Assembly: GCA_964016885.1 (NCBI GenBank)
Contig: OZ024741.1
Span: 226,300,001-226,364,000, forward strand
Origin: Eledone cirrhosa
Lineage: Eukaryota
Direction of reading: 5' to 3'
Length of the DNA: 64,000 nt
Position numbers and translations under genes: made by a program. This document shows positions 29,069-42,676 of this stretch, in pieces (position 1 is the first letter of the stretch; each line of letters opens with the position of its first letter). The notes below the pieces were generated by a model. It ran no database searches. It saw only the letters and a program-made list of their open reading frames with translations, and was not told where the DNA came from.

Positions 29069-29104
29069 GATGATATTTACCAAAAATAAGAACAAGTCAA
29101 CATC

Positions 29105-29385
29105 ATTGGATGCCATCAGGGTTGCAGGTGTTATATCAGAGTTTTCCTGCTCCTAGAATTCTGCCTTGACAAAGGCTAATGGGTCATCTCTCCCGGTGAT
29201 TTTGGATGGCCATTGACTCTTAAGAGCTCCTTTGCCCTTTGACAGGTTTTGTTTTTAGTCCTGCAGGATGTCCAAAGTCACCCTCCTCACCAAGAAACCT
29301 TGGTGGGGTTGCCAGTTTAGTCGCCAACGACCCGACCATGGGACAGGTTGTACTGGAATACATGTTACCAGTAGCACCAACATAT
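29105..29385 (-). mobile_element. Possible RTE-type 5' UTR segment
   Basis: CTAGGAGCAGGAAAACTCTGA-like motif recalls RTE 5' UTRs; preceded by (TGTA)n; same strand as the adjacent 3' end. Confidence 0.35.
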
Positions 29386-29566
29386 ATACATACATACATG
29401 CATACATACATACATACATACATACATACATACATACATACATACATACATACATACATACATACATACATACATACATAAAACTAAGTATCAGAATCAA
29501 GGATGTGTTGATCACTAGAGTAATTGTTCAGGAAAATTGTATGTTAAGTGTGGGGATGTATGTATG

Positions 29567-29890
29567 TGAAAGCACGTGGCTTTCTGGTTAGGGTATTCGG
29601 CTTACAATCGTAAGATTGTTAGTTCGATTCCCGCTGGTGCGTTGTGTCCTTGAGCAAGAGACTTTATTTCACATTGCTCCAGTCCACTCAGCTGGCAAAA
29701 ATGAGTTGCACCTGTAGTTCGAATGACCAGCCATGTCACATTCTTTGTCGCGCTGAATCTCCCTGAGAACTACGTTAACTGTACGCATGTCTGTGGAATG
29801 CTCAGCCACTTGCACGCTAATTTCAAGAGCAGGCTGTTCCGTTCATCGGATCAACTGGAACACTCGTGGTAACCGATGGAGTCCCTCCAA
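29567..29890 (+). mobile_element. tRNA-derived SINE, family 2 (full length)
   Basis: AGTTCGATTCCC B box, TTGTGTCCTTGAGCAAGAGACTTTATTTCAC core; lies between TGTA repeats. Confidence 0.8.
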
Positions 29891-30061
29891 ATGTATGTAT
29901 GTATATGTTTTTTTTTCTACTTTCATTATTTAATAATTGTTTACCAATACAGAGAGGGACGGTTTCTAATAAGACACAAAACACTTTCATTGGAATTTAA
30001 ACAATATCAACTAGGTGAATATGTATGTATGTTTGCGTGCTTGCGTGTGCGTGAATGTGCA

Positions 30062-30120
<59 letters not shown>

Positions 30121-30122
<2 letters not shown>

Positions 30123-30615
30123 AGGTATGGATGTTATTGTATGTGTGGATCTGTATGCATTGAATTATATGTGTGCACGTGCCTATGTTTTGTATTTATA
30201 TGTTTATATGCAGATATTACGTGCAGAATTTTGGAATGTTTTACATATTTTTACTGTTCCATTAATGAATTGCACTTGTAACTTCCTAACTAGTCGTGTT
30301 CTTTCTGTTTCTGTGAAGCCTAGCTTCTCAAGATTTGTATTGAGCCAGTTACTAACATATCCCAGTGTCCCAATAATCACAGACATAAATCTGAAGGTAT
30401 AGACTGAGTGGAATATCTGCAGATTTCTCGTTAGATCTGCATAGATATTCTCCTTTTCGCTGATGTTTAATACTATATTAGCATCCTTTGGGCAGCTAAC
30501 TTCCACCACTGTACATGCCTTCTTTTCCCTGTCCCATATCATTATATTTGGTCTTTTATGTTTGCAGTTTATTGGGATTTAGACTGGAACATTCCACCAG
30601 TACTCTTTCATATTA
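30121..30615 (-). mobile_element. R4-like LINE 3' fragment (same family as 2-895)
   Basis: MIWDREKKACTVVEVSCP..LQVQFINGTVKICKTF matches the ORF at 188-673. Confidence 0.85.
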
Positions 30616-30687
30616 TGTATGTATCTATGTATGTATGCATGTGTGTGTGTGTATGTATTTTTGCGTATTTATATTTACATATATATA

Positions 30688-30775
<88 letters not shown>

Positions 30776-31063
30776 TGTGTGTGTGTGTGTGTGCAATGGA
30801 ACAGGCAGAGTCGTTAGAACGACGGATACAATACTTTGTGGTATTCGTTCCGACTCCCTGTGCTCTGACTTAATATTCCAGTTGTCAACTTTGCCTTTCA
30901 GCCTTTCAAGGTCGATGAAGTACAAATGCATTAACTTGGTCTCTCTGTCTTTCTTTCTCATTTATCCCCCCCCCCCCCAAACACACACACGCGCGCGCAC
31001 TTAATTAAGAAATCTGGAGAGGGATGTTCTCTCCAAGAAATGTTAATGCCCAAGACAATAAAA

Positions 31064-31720
31064 ATAATTGTTTCTACTTTTAGCACAAAACCAGCAATTA
31101 TTTCCGTGCATTACTGGTACTTTATTTTATCGACCCGTAAGGATGAAAGGCAAAGTTAACCTCGGCGGGATTTGAACTCAGGCCGTAATAATAATTGTTT
31201 CTACGTTAGGTACAAGGCCAGCAATTACCGTAATAATAATTGTTTCTACTATTGGCACAAGGCCAGAAAATTACCCAGTACATTACTGGTACTTTATTTT
31301 ATCGACCCCGTAAGGATGAAAGGCAAAGTTAACCTCGGCGGGATTTGAACTCAGAATGGCAAGGGCCGTAACTCTATGCGTCAAAGCATGGCATCCGAAC
31401 CTCTACCGATACTGCCAATCCACCGCCAATCCACCAATTACCGTAATAATAATGAACTAAAAATAATAATTGTTTCTACTTTTGGCACAAGGCCACCAAT
31501 TAGCCAGTGTGTTACTAGTACTTTATTTTATCGACCCCGTAAGGATGAAAGGCAAAGTTGAACTCAGAATGGCAAGGGCCGGAACTCTATGCGTCAAAGC
31601 ATGGCGTCCAACCCTCTACCGATACTGCCAATCCACCGCCATAAATAATAATTGTTTCTACGTTAGGCACAAGGCCAGCAATCACCAGTGTATTACTGGT
31701 ACTTTATTTTATCGACCCCA
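31064..31720 (-). mobile_element. Cluster of 4-5 partial or complete SINE family 1 copies
   Basis: Repeated reverse-complement core ACTGGTACTTTATTTTATCGACCCC and 3' end AATAATTGTTTCTAC. Confidence 0.85.
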
Positions 31721-33545
31721 TTAACTATCATCATCATCCAGCGGCCTCAGCCGAAATCGACTCAACAATTGATCTCCCCGTCGGTCTGTCATTCATTGCC
31801 GTTGCCAAGTCTTGGTTTTCAATACCAGAGTCTCTGCAGATGGCATCTGGATAGGAGAGCTGGCACCAACTGTTATTGGTGATTGCTTGTGATCTCCAAA
31901 GCACTAGTGGCATGATGGCAAATCTTACTCTCCTTTTACGTACGACAGATATGCGTTGAAGACAGGCATATATTTCTTTCTAAGTCAGATGTCGCCAGCT
32001 TGTGTTCTGAATGCGTCGGAAAAGAAAAAACGAACTATTATAGTATATATCATAAGTATTAATTTCAGAGAGAAAAGATAAAAAGGTTCAAGTTTTTGTT
32101 TAGAGTCTCTGCAAAAATTGCACCGGCTTCTCGATCTACTTTTGTACACTATCAGTGAGAAGATATCATGCTGAAATGTACTAAATTTGTATTATATACC
32201 ATCAGATGATAGCAGGGAAGCACTGTCCCAATGAGAACCATTAAGTTCAAAATACGTATAGGCCGTTATCACTCACTACTTCTGCTGGAATTCGCTAGAC
32301 AGTGCTGGCCGTCAGCCTTTCAATATTCATAGCTTGGTTTTCAAAATGTTTATTTATTAAACATACCGTATATCTTTAGATATATGAAATTCACATACAT
32401 ATATATCGACAAATATTTTTCATCTTCTTAAAAAGGAAAATAAATAAATAGACTGTCATGATCATGAAGAATGCCAAATCAACTAGAAATAAATACTTTG
32501 TTTTAGTACTTCAACCTGAGTAAGTAATACAGTATCTCCGCATGTGTTACATATATTTTATATATATTATTTTTCTTTATATATATCATATCTTTACATA
32601 ATACGCTAACCATCTCCCTGCGCCTACCATTGCTTCTTACAAAAATTCCCTTCAACTTAATTAACAAATTTTATTCCATTTTTATAAAGGAAAATAATAA
32701 CATTCTAAATAAATAAACAGTATATAAACCCATTTACTACCATCTATTAGATAAGTTTCCATTCCTGAATATCGGGCAACATATATCAATCTAACTATAC
32801 AACAAAACTAACTAACAACAGTAAATTGTAATAACATTAGAAATTGCTACTCCACACGGCTTCTTAAAAAATTCCATCTACATAATATTCCTCTTGAATC
32901 TAACTGCTATACGTTAATGTTTTGATATTGTTTTTTGTTCTTGAAAACTTGTGAGGTTGGTAAACATTAATTGTGTTCTTTATAAATTTCCTGAAGATAT
33001 ACGTCCCATTGCACAATCATGGCTGATCCCGGTTTCTGAGAAGCATAACAGTCCCCTTCAATTCAAGGATGTGTGGCAGCATATTGGACAGTTCCAGACT
33101 GTTGAGAAATTCTGATGTTTTGGGGGTCAAGGAATTACTCTTTCACAGTCAATCCTCGTTTGTTTCGAAATTGAGGAGGACTAGATTAATTAAGTTTATA
33201 AGGCTTTCCACAACAGTACAGAATGTTGAAAGACCAACACATTACGTTATAGTTAGTTAGAGAGAGGGGGAGATGGATGTGTGAGAGCTGGTGTAGTATA
33301 TCACTCTCTCTATATATAGATAGCATGACGGACGAGCAGCCATTAGCAGTGCTAGAAAGAGCAGTAAGTTCCTCCCCACCCCAAATCACCCGCTCTCCAT
33401 TTCATTTTCGGAAAATTAGTCGACAGCGAGATTGATGGATGTCAGATTAGATGAAAACACAAGAAATTATTTAGTGTGATAAGAGGGCAACGTACAAACA
33501 AACTTCCTTTTAATAAGGATATCGATTACATCGTATTATTACAGA

Positions 33546-33740
33546 GCGGTGGATTGGCAGTATCGGACGCCATGCTTTACAGCATAGAGTTACGGCCCTT
33601 TATGATCTGCGGTCAAATGCCGCCGATAAGATAAAGTTACAGGGCCGATAAAATAAAGTACCAGTCACGCACTGGGGTCGATTTAATCGACTTTCCCCTC
33701 CTCCAAAATTGCTGGACTTGTGCCTATAGTAGAAATCATT
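33546..33740 (+). mobile_element. SINE family 1
   Basis: Head, partial core and 3' end as in the other copies. Confidence 0.75.
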
Positions 33741-33794
33741 ATTACATCGTTCTCCATTATCAGAAACTGTATGTACTTCATGAATATATATATA

Positions 33795-33805
33795 TGTGAC
33801 GGTGC

Positions 33806-33874
<69 letters not shown>

Positions 33875-33880
33875 CGGTGC

Positions 33881-33917
<37 letters not shown>

Positions 33918-33923
33918 CGGTGC

Positions 33924-33976
<53 letters not shown>

Positions 33977-34018
33977 CGGTGCCACATATATATATATATA
34001 TATATGACGGTGCCACAG
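33795..34018. repeat. Five copies of (TG)ACGGTGCCAC separated by variable (AT)n
   Basis: Cores at about 33797, 33874, 33915, 33974 and 34005. Confidence 0.9.
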
Positions 34019-34112
34019 CAAAGCCTTAGACTGTCGGCTGGAACACGTAATAGAGTAATGTAGTAAATGTGCAAACGTTTGCAATGCACGTATTCAAATA
34101 TAATTGTGAGTG

Positions 34113-34143
<31 letters not shown>

Positions 34144-34516
34144 GGAGTAGGAGGGGGAGGGGGTAGAGGGGTGAGGGGTGGGGGGGGTGAGGGGGAGAAA
34201 AGCAGCAGCAATTACAGGAACGCCGTTGACGATGGTGATTGAAGTAAGAAGAAGAAGAAGTAAGAAGAAGAAGAAGAACAAGAACAAGAACAAGAAGAAG
34301 AAGAAGAAGAAGAACAACAACAACAGTAGTTGTGTAAAAATTCCGTTAGAACAACAGCTGTAAGGGTGGTAAATTAGGTACATGCCAACCAAACAAAGAG
34401 GCAGATTATCACTGAAGAGAGTGTAATTACATACAGACGCGTGCACACGTAATATATGTATGTATATAAATATATATATATATATATACACATACATACA
34501 TACATACATACATACA

Positions 34517-34570
<54 letters not shown>

Positions 34571-34596
34571 CTGTATATATATATATATATATATAT

Positions 34597-34788
34597 ATAG
34601 GAAAAAGTATGACCCCGACGTCAGAGCTCAAGCCGTTTCGACGGCTATTTCTGGACTGAAATAGCCGTCGAAACGGGTTGAGCTCTGCCGTCGGGGTCAT
34701 ACTTTTTCCTATTACCCACTCTACCACCTTAAGTATTGAGTACTCTGGTGCGTTATGGTCCATCTGGTTCCTTACCACAACTCCTTCG

Positions 34789-34791
<3 letters not shown>
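34597..34791. mobile_element. Fold-back pLTR-like element, family B
   Basis: Palindrome centred near 34655, tail on the right, (TA)n flanks. Confidence 0.75.
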
Positions 34792-34863
<72 letters not shown>

Positions 34864-34928
34864 CACACACACACACATACACACTCATATATTTATATAT
34901 ATGTATTTAAAAATATATAAATACACAC

Positions 34929-35023
<95 letters not shown>

Positions 35024-35193
35024 GAGAGAGAGAGAGAAATATACACGGGTGTGTATGATTGTGTATAGAAGATTATATTAATAAAAGGAATTCCAATTTT
35101 GTCTGATTTACTCGTTTTATGTACAATCCTTTAAAATTTATAATGGTATTATAATGAAATAGTATGGTAGAATATTAAATGTTAAGTGTTAAT

Positions 35194-35232
35194 TGAACAA
35201 GTACTTTCATGCTTTCGCAATCTTCAGGTTCA
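35194..35232 (-). ncRNA. Minimal hammerhead, family D
   Basis: Reverse complement of 35296-35334. Confidence 0.75.
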
Positions 35233-35295
35233 TAATGTGTGGTGACAGTCAAGTTTGCAGTTGAAAATTGGAAACTTGACTGTCACCACACATTA

Positions 35296-35334
35296 TGAAC
35301 CTGAAGATTGCGAAAGCATGAAAGTACTTGTTCA
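35296..35334 (+). ncRNA. Minimal hammerhead, family D
   Basis: TGAAC-CTGAAGA-tTGCgaaaGCAt-GAAA-GTAC-TT-GTTCA; palindromic AGTACT stem III. Confidence 0.78.
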
Positions 35335-35615
35335 ATTAACACTTAACATTTAATATTCTATCATACTATTTCATTATAATACCATTATAAATTTTAAAGG
35401 ATTGTAAATAAAACGAGTAAATCAGACAAAGTTGGAATTCCTTTTATTAATATATATATATATATACATGTGTGTGTATTTATACATATACATGTATAAT
35501 ACATATATTATATATATACCGGTGTACATCTCCCCATGCATTGAGTACTCCCATAGTGTGTGGTCTCTCCGGTCTCAATAAATACATTCATACACAGACA
35601 CACACACATACACAG

Positions 35616-35671
<56 letters not shown>

Positions 35672-35809
35672 CAAACTAATTAGTGTTGCCTTTTCCAGCA
35701 ATGGACCAACTTTGATGTAATCAGACGTAAGCACTCCACGACATGGATACCATAAGTTATTACCTACTTGCTATCAGAGGCAGTGTCAATATTAAATATA
35801 TATATATAA

Positions 35810-36370
35810 AAAAAGAAAAGTTCGCACTACATGGCTGAATACAATAATTTTAATCTGAGATTTTCGAATATTAATAATAACATTCGATTGGTTTGCAATT
35901 ATGCAAACAAGCCTCAATTTTATAGCCTTGTCGGGAGAGTGAACACTTCATTCTTGCTCTTATGTTGGCATGCGAACAGAACTGCAGACACTAATGTTTC
36001 TTGCTCATGTACAGGAAACTGACTGGCCAGTCTGTGCTGATATGCAAATCTGGCTGATCACTGATCTGCTAATATGCAGATCTGACTGGTCAGCCAGTCT
36101 GCCAATATGCAAATCAGGCTGATCAGTCACTGTGTATTTTTGAAAATAGCATATATTTTCACTAGCTCTGACAGATTGGCAGGTGAACAGTGAGCTGTAC
36201 TGATGAAGGTTGGTACCCAGAAACATTAGTGTCTGCAGTTCTGTTTACATGCCAACACAAGAGCCAGAATGAAGTGTTCATTCTACTGACATGGCTATAA
36301 AATTGAGGCTTGTTTGCATAATTGCAAACGAATCGAATGTTATTATTAATATTCGAAAAACTCAGATTAC
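35810..36370. mobile_element. Inverted HHR element, diverged relative of the 466-bp unit
   Basis: Arms 35851-36000 and 36220-36369; the middle has about 33-bp repeats with octamers; (TA)n flanks; motif order shared with the array unit. Confidence 0.7.
36186..36245 (+). ncRNA. Type I hammerhead ribozyme motif
   Basis: GAGCTGTA-CTGATGA-aGGTtggtACCca-GAAA-CA ttag TG-TC-TGCAGTTC; 8-bp stem I extendable by AACA/TGTT; GUC triplet. Confidence 0.8.
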
Positions 36371-36397
36371 ATTTATATATATATATATATATATATA

Positions 36398-36610
36398 TAC
36401 AGTTGTCCCCCGGTATTCGTGGGTCTACGTTCCTAGAGCACCCGCGAAGAGTGACAGACCGCGAATATTTGACGTAGATACACGTATATATCTTTGGGAT
36501 CGGTAAGATAAGATAGTAAAAGTGGCCTCAAATGGGTGAGCATCAACAGAAACTATTTAATAATGCGCATTCATATAAATTACGTATAAACCCACTTATA
36601 AAGTTAAACC
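36398..36610 (+). mobile_element. Tc1/mariner (Tigger-like) MITE left-end fragment
   Basis: TA-CAGTTGTCCCCCGGTATTCGTGGG..TACGTTCC..CCCGCGAA resembles Tigger-type TIRs; no right TIR found. Confidence 0.5.
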
Positions 36611-36647
36611 TTCATATATATATATATATGTGTGTATATATGAGTGT

Positions 36648-36688
<41 letters not shown>

Positions 36689-36885
36689 TGTGTGTGCGTG
36701 CCTATGTATACTCATGTGTGTGTTCGTCTGTGCCTGTGCAAATGAATACGACTATGCAAATATGTATGTATATATATATCTGTGTCTACGCACATATGAA
36801 TGTATTTATGCTTACTTTATTATGTGTTCATATGTTTGTATACATGAGCATGGGACCAGAATAAATTCGTAACATCTTCAAGTAT

Positions 36886-37078
36886 ATAATTGTTTCTACT
36901 TTTGGCACAAAGCCAGCAATTATCCCAGTGTATTACTGGTACTTTATTTTATCGACCCCCGTAAGGATGAAAGGAAAAGTTAACCTCGGCGGGATTTGAA
37001 CTCGGACGATAAAGAGCCGTAACTCTTTGCTGCAAAGCATGGCGTCCGACCCTCTACCGATACTGCCAATCCACCGCC
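36886..37078 (-). mobile_element. SINE family 1
   Basis: Full reverse-complement copy. Confidence 0.85.
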
Positions 37079-37484
37079 CTTTAAGTATATAATACAGGTG
37101 CATGTATATATTTATATACATCAGAACTGTGTGTATGTGTATGTGTGTGTCTGTGTCATGAGAAATAAATACACTTTCAAACCGCCAAGCAGTTAGTTAG
37201 GTAGCTCTTTAGATAAGGTTTCATTGCGTGTCTTAATGTATATGTATGTGTATATGTATTTATGTGTATCAATGTTTGTGTGTCTGTGTGTGTCATGATG
37301 AATGCATAGGAATGTAAGCAGTAATATTCCTCGTCATGCATGTGTATGTCTGTTTACATGTAGCTCTTGTACGTTTATTAGTAAGTATGTATAAGTGTAT
37401 GTGTGAATGCGCCTTTATCTTTGATGGTAGGTGTGACGTGTTCGGAAATATGTACGTGTGTATTATAGATATACATGTATATAT

Positions 37485-37527
<43 letters not shown>

Positions 37528-37885
37528 TAATATATGCGTACTTGAGTGCATATTTGGATGTTTATGCAGATATTATGGTTTGGAATTATGAGTTTTCTTT
37601 AGAGAAGACTGGTGATAGGAGATACTCGTTATATATTTACAAATTAGTGCGATGTACTCAGTACAAGTTCAAACGTACATTACTGTACAGACAGCAGATA
37701 TCTAGGACTGTTCTACTCTTAAAACACTAGACTTCCTTCTTTCGACCCTGAAATCCCGATGGAGCAATAATTTGGCAATGTAAATTCTTTCAGAAATTGC
37801 TGCGTATGATAATACATATAAGAATATTACATTGAAATAAAAGTGGGAGTGGGTGCAAACTGCTTATATATATATATATATAGTA

Positions 37886-38077
37886 ATAATAATTGTTTCT
37901 ACTTTTGGCACAAGGCCAGCAATTTCCCAGTACATTACTGGTACTTTATTTTATCAACCCCGTAAGGATGAAAGGCAAAGTTAACCAAGGCGGGATTTGA
38001 ACTCAGATCGTAAAGGAACGTAACTATGCTGGAAAGCATGGCGTCTGACGCTCTACCTATACTGCCAATTCACCGCC
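37886..38077 (-). mobile_element. SINE family 1
   Basis: Full reverse-complement copy. Confidence 0.85.
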
Positions 38078-38169
38078 TTTATATATAGTAATAATAATAA
38101 ACGTGAAAACTAAAATCCGAAGAGGGCTCGATAAGGATAATATATATAATATATAAAACCGTAGAGCAA

Positions 38170-38318
38170 ATATTTATTAAAATAACAGATTAAAGTTTAA
38201 GCAAAGAATCGCTGCTTTCACCCTTAACGGGATCTTCTGAAACCGCTTCAGAAGATCTCGTTAAGGGTGAAAGCAGCGATTCTTTGCTTAAACTTTAATC
38301 TGTTTATTGTAATAAATA
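38170..38318. repeat. Palindrome with about 70-bp arms, pLTR-like (family C)
   Basis: Centred near 38243; arm contains CAGAAGA-tCCCgttaaGGGt-GAAA, a non-canonical HHR-like core. Confidence 0.65.
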
Positions 38319-38352
38319 TATATATATACATACATACACACTACATACATAC

Positions 38353-38612
<260 letters not shown>

Positions 38613-38984
38613 TAAATATATATAGATATATATATAAATAAAGATTATTAATGATAAACTAAAGAAAATTAAGGTTCCGCTTTAAAAACTGTTTTCGTTT
38701 GTTGTCTTGTCCTCTCTGTTAATTTTCCTACATATTATATACATCCGCGTGCGTGTGTGCCTGTATGTGTATTAACGACTTAGATATTACTACGGTCTTC
38801 TCAAACTCTTGTATAAATATAATGTATCTGTAGTTGAGTAGACTTTTCTTAATACAAAGCTATTAATAAATGCATGTAAGTGTACCGACCTACCTACCAA
38901 TATACATACATACACACACACACATACATACATACATACATACATACATACATACATACATACATACATACATACATACATGCA

Positions 38985-39560
38985 TATGAACACGAGTATG
39001 GAATGTTCCAGTCAAAACTACAGTAAAATGCAAACATAACAGAACAAACAATGATATGAGACTGAGAAAAGAAGACATGCACATGAGTAGATATCGGATG
39101 CCCAGTAGACGTTAATATAATGTTAAAGGGGACGATTTGTGCTGAACTAATGAAGAATCTGCCGACATTTCACCTTGACTACACCTTTAGAATTTGTACC
39201 TGTTGGTTAGTGGGGCTCTTGGATACGTATATAACCACCTCACTACAAAACTTGAGAGGCTGAGCTTCACATAACAAGAAAGTCACAGCTAGTTAGGAAG
39301 TTGCAGGTAAAGTCCATTAATGGAACTGTAAAAGTATACAAAATATTCCAAAAATTTAGCATGTAATAACTGCATAATAACATGTATAGATACAGAAACA
39401 TATGCATTCTAAACATATAACTCAAATCATACAGATCCACACATACAATAACATCCACTCCTACACACACGCTCAAACACATGCAGACATATATACGTAT
39501 TAGTTGATGTTGACTAAATTCCAATGAAAGAGTCTTGTTTCTATGCTAGAAACCTATTAC
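38985..39560 (+). mobile_element. Degenerate R4-like LINE 3' fragment
   Basis: Collinear with 300-850 (GGAATGTTCCAGT.., CTAGTTAGGAA.., TAGTTGATGTTG..). Confidence 0.75.
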
Positions 39561-39604
39561 GAATATATAAACTAAAAAAACACCCATATGTATTAACATA
39601 TTTC

Positions 39605-39815
39605 ATATAGATATGACTTCTACAGAACTATAACTGACTCATTCACATGAAGTCATCAGGAAAGTACTTTCCTAGTGATTTCAAATAAATGGTACGTTTC
39701 TAGTATGTAGATGTAATTTTTGTATGAAGTAAATGTATATCTTATCTTGTTATCTAGTAATGTATTGAGTACCACATTTATCTGTGGTTCTTTTTTATTC
39801 CTCTCCGGAAACCAT
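39605..39815. mobile_element. Degenerate inverted pLTR pair related to 1862-2281
   Basis: TTCTACAGAACTA..TCATCAGGAA arm, decayed opposite arm, and tail with TATTGAGTAC..CTGTGGTT. Confidence 0.55.
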
Positions 39816-40009
39816 TTCTAATTATATATATATATCAAGTAAGAATATTTTCGAAACAGCGAGTGGGTTTGAAATTATTAGAAGTGTAAGCTATCGCCGT
39901 ATTTTGACTAAAGAAATTAAAGAAATTATTTAGCCTGATAGTGGGGTTAAGAACCTTCGGAGAAATGGAAAAAGATGAGTATTGACGTACATGGGAGTCG
40001 AACCCACAT

Positions 40010-40051
<42 letters not shown>

Positions 40052-40121
40052 AGGTGAGTTTTATGTTGATTTAAAACTTCACTATTCACAAGTGTTTTTT
40101 AAGCTTCATATCATGTCTCCC

Positions 40122-40192
40122 TATTTTATCTGATGAGAACGCAGATATCATCCCATGATGATATTTGTTTTTGAAATGGGCATAATAAAATA
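40122..40192 (+). ncRNA. Type I hammerhead motif (family A-related) in a TA-flanked segment
   Basis: TATTTTAT-CTGATGA-..GCAGATATCATC ccat GATGATATTTGT..-GAAA-TGGGCA-TA-ATAAAATA; perfect 8-bp stem I. Confidence 0.7.
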
Positions 40193-40222
40193 CTTGGAAC
40201 TCTTTTAACCATCTTTTGATCT

Positions 40223-40330
<108 letters not shown>

Positions 40331-40897
40331 GTATATACATACATATTATATATATATATATAAACACACACACAAACAAACACAAGTCCATACAATCATT
40401 TTATCTGTTTACAAGGATTGTCACATAGAATAACTTATATATATATATATATATTTAAAAGAATGGAGGTGTAACACACGAGTTGTGATATATTGGTAAA
40501 AGGAAAAGAAAATCCTGACAAATTGTTCCCAGTGAAAAATAGTTTAATTAGTAATAAGTAAAAATTAGTAATAAGTATTGGTTAGTATTCAGTTTTGGTT
40601 TTAAGTTTTTACCTGTTGCGCATTTCTAATGCTTTTCAAAAATAATTTTGAGATAGAGCGCCCGTGATGTTTGCTCTAATCTGATTAGTTTGGGAAATTC
40701 TACCTGTTTTATGTGAAAAAAGTGGCTCCAGGGGTATTAAAATAAGTTTCGTGCCAATTCGTGTTGCAAAAATTCTTGTGGTCAAAACAATTTTTATTGG
40801 TCGGTAGAGGTCACGTGAATGTTAAAAATTGATTTTGCTCCAAATGTAGGTTTGTCGAAGAGTGTCTTTTTTCGCCTGATTGAGAAGTCACTGAAAA

Positions 40898-41012
<115 letters not shown>

Positions 41013-41461
41013 TGCATACATTGTTCGTTAAAGGTGCTTATGTAAATGTTGAAAGCTAGAGAAAGTAATATATATATATATGATATGATATTCTATGTGA
41101 CAATCCTTGTAAACAGATAAAATGATTGTATGGACTTGTGTTTGTTTGTGTGTGTGTGAATGAGAAAGAGGGGTAAGAAAGAGAGAGAGAGAGTAAGTGA
41201 GTGAGTATTAGAGAGAGAGTGGTTATGATGAACAGAAGCACAAAGTCAAATAGACAGACAATCTAAATAACAGAGAACAACAGACATTGACGCCGAGATA
41301 GATAGAAATAGGTGCTATGTATTATATCGCTGTTACAGAGTGAAATGTTGTGAGTACCAACAGCAGAAATATATTCACTGATGAACCAAACTAGTTGAGA
41401 ATTTGGGTCGCTCATTCACACACACACACAGACAGACAAACACACACACACACATATATAT

Positions 41462-41690
41462 TGATAGTATAATAAACAATACAATATAATTACCTCATTA
41501 CCAGAGGTTTCCTGAATAAGACGAATACAATCAACGTCCGCATTTGCCTTGTGTGACGAACGAATTCGGACGTTTATTGTATTCGTCTTATTCGGGAAAC
41601 CTCTGGTAATGAGGTAATTATATTGTGCTCTGTATCTTACATAGAGCACTCTTCATTCCTCTCACTTTTTCAACGGAAACTTCAACACTT
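41462..41690. mobile_element. Inverted pLTR-like element, family E (HHR core mutated to GTGACGA)
   Basis: 41479-41540 is inverted against 41567-41626; homologous to 63520-63700; a tail-only fragment lies at about 42420-42480 (minus). Confidence 0.7.
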
Positions 41691-42266
41691 ATATATATAT
41701 ATATACATATATACAAACATACACAAACCCGGATCTCGAATAATTCCGCGCTTTCTAATTTTTTAGATTTTTTCAAACTCCCGCTGTTATTCCAACCACC
41801 CAACCCCACTTTTGGAATTTTCCGAATCTATCTTCAGCGAAATTTTATTTTAAGAGGTAGCATTTCTGCAATAATTAATTTTCTTGTGGGAATATAATGT
41901 CACTGGTTATGAATATTAATAGAATATAACTCAGGAACATATCTGACAATATTCAGAGTATTTCATGTCATATGCAACATGTCATGCAATAACGTGTGAA
42001 ATATATTCAATACTAGCATAAATTAGAATGATACTTTTAAAAGCTACTAATAGCGAAATCGGTTAGGGAAAAAGAACTTAGATAGTTATGACTATTTCTG
42101 AAAACCCAGATATATTAAATATATATGTAGAGAGAGAGATTATTTTGCACGAAGTAATCTTTTCGTTGTATGTCTAAAAAATAATTAGGTGCATCTTCAA
42201 ATAACTTATTATTTTTCACACACACACACAAACACACACAAACACACACAGACTCACACGTACACG

Positions 42267-42328
<62 letters not shown>

Positions 42329-42373
42329 TGCATACATACATATATATATATTCATTTATATATATATATATTC

Positions 42374-42417
<44 letters not shown>

Positions 42418-42485
42418 GAAGTAATTCCGTCGGAAAGGTACAGTAAAAAAGAGTGCTCTATGTAGGTTACAGAGCTTATTTTTCA

Positions 42486-42555
<70 letters not shown>

Positions 42556-42642
42556 GTAAAAATTTCAACAGGAACAAAACAGAGAGGCAGTACAACGAAT
42601 GTTTATTAATTTCACGCTCTGGAGAGTGGGGTGTTGGTGGGG

Positions 42643-42676
42643 AACGACGTTTCGGGCATAAGCCCTTCCTCAGGTG
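42643..42676 (-). ncRNA. Minimal hammerhead-like motif of Penelope type
   Basis: Reverse complement reads AC-CTGAGGA-aGGGCttatGCCC-GAAA-CG-TC-GT; stem I is weak; sits in a TA-flanked segment 42555-42795. Confidence 0.6.

Larger units (their letters stand above)
35075..35452. mobile_element. Inverted pair of family D pLTR-like arms
   Basis: About 180-bp near-perfect palindrome centred near 35265; an HHR in each arm. Confidence 0.8.

Noticed and set aside
33795-34018. CRISPR-like repeat-spacer pattern
   Set aside because: Repeat is only about 12 bp, spacers are pure (AT)n, there are no cas genes and the context is eukaryotic.
38225-38285. Functional hammerhead in the family C palindrome
   Set aside because: Core reads CAGAAGA rather than CTGANGA and there is no UH cleavage site after stem III.
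39975-40012. tRNA-like B box (GGTTCGACTCCC on the minus strand)
   Set aside because: Only a T-arm-sized fragment next to (TA)n; not enough for a tRNA or SINE call.
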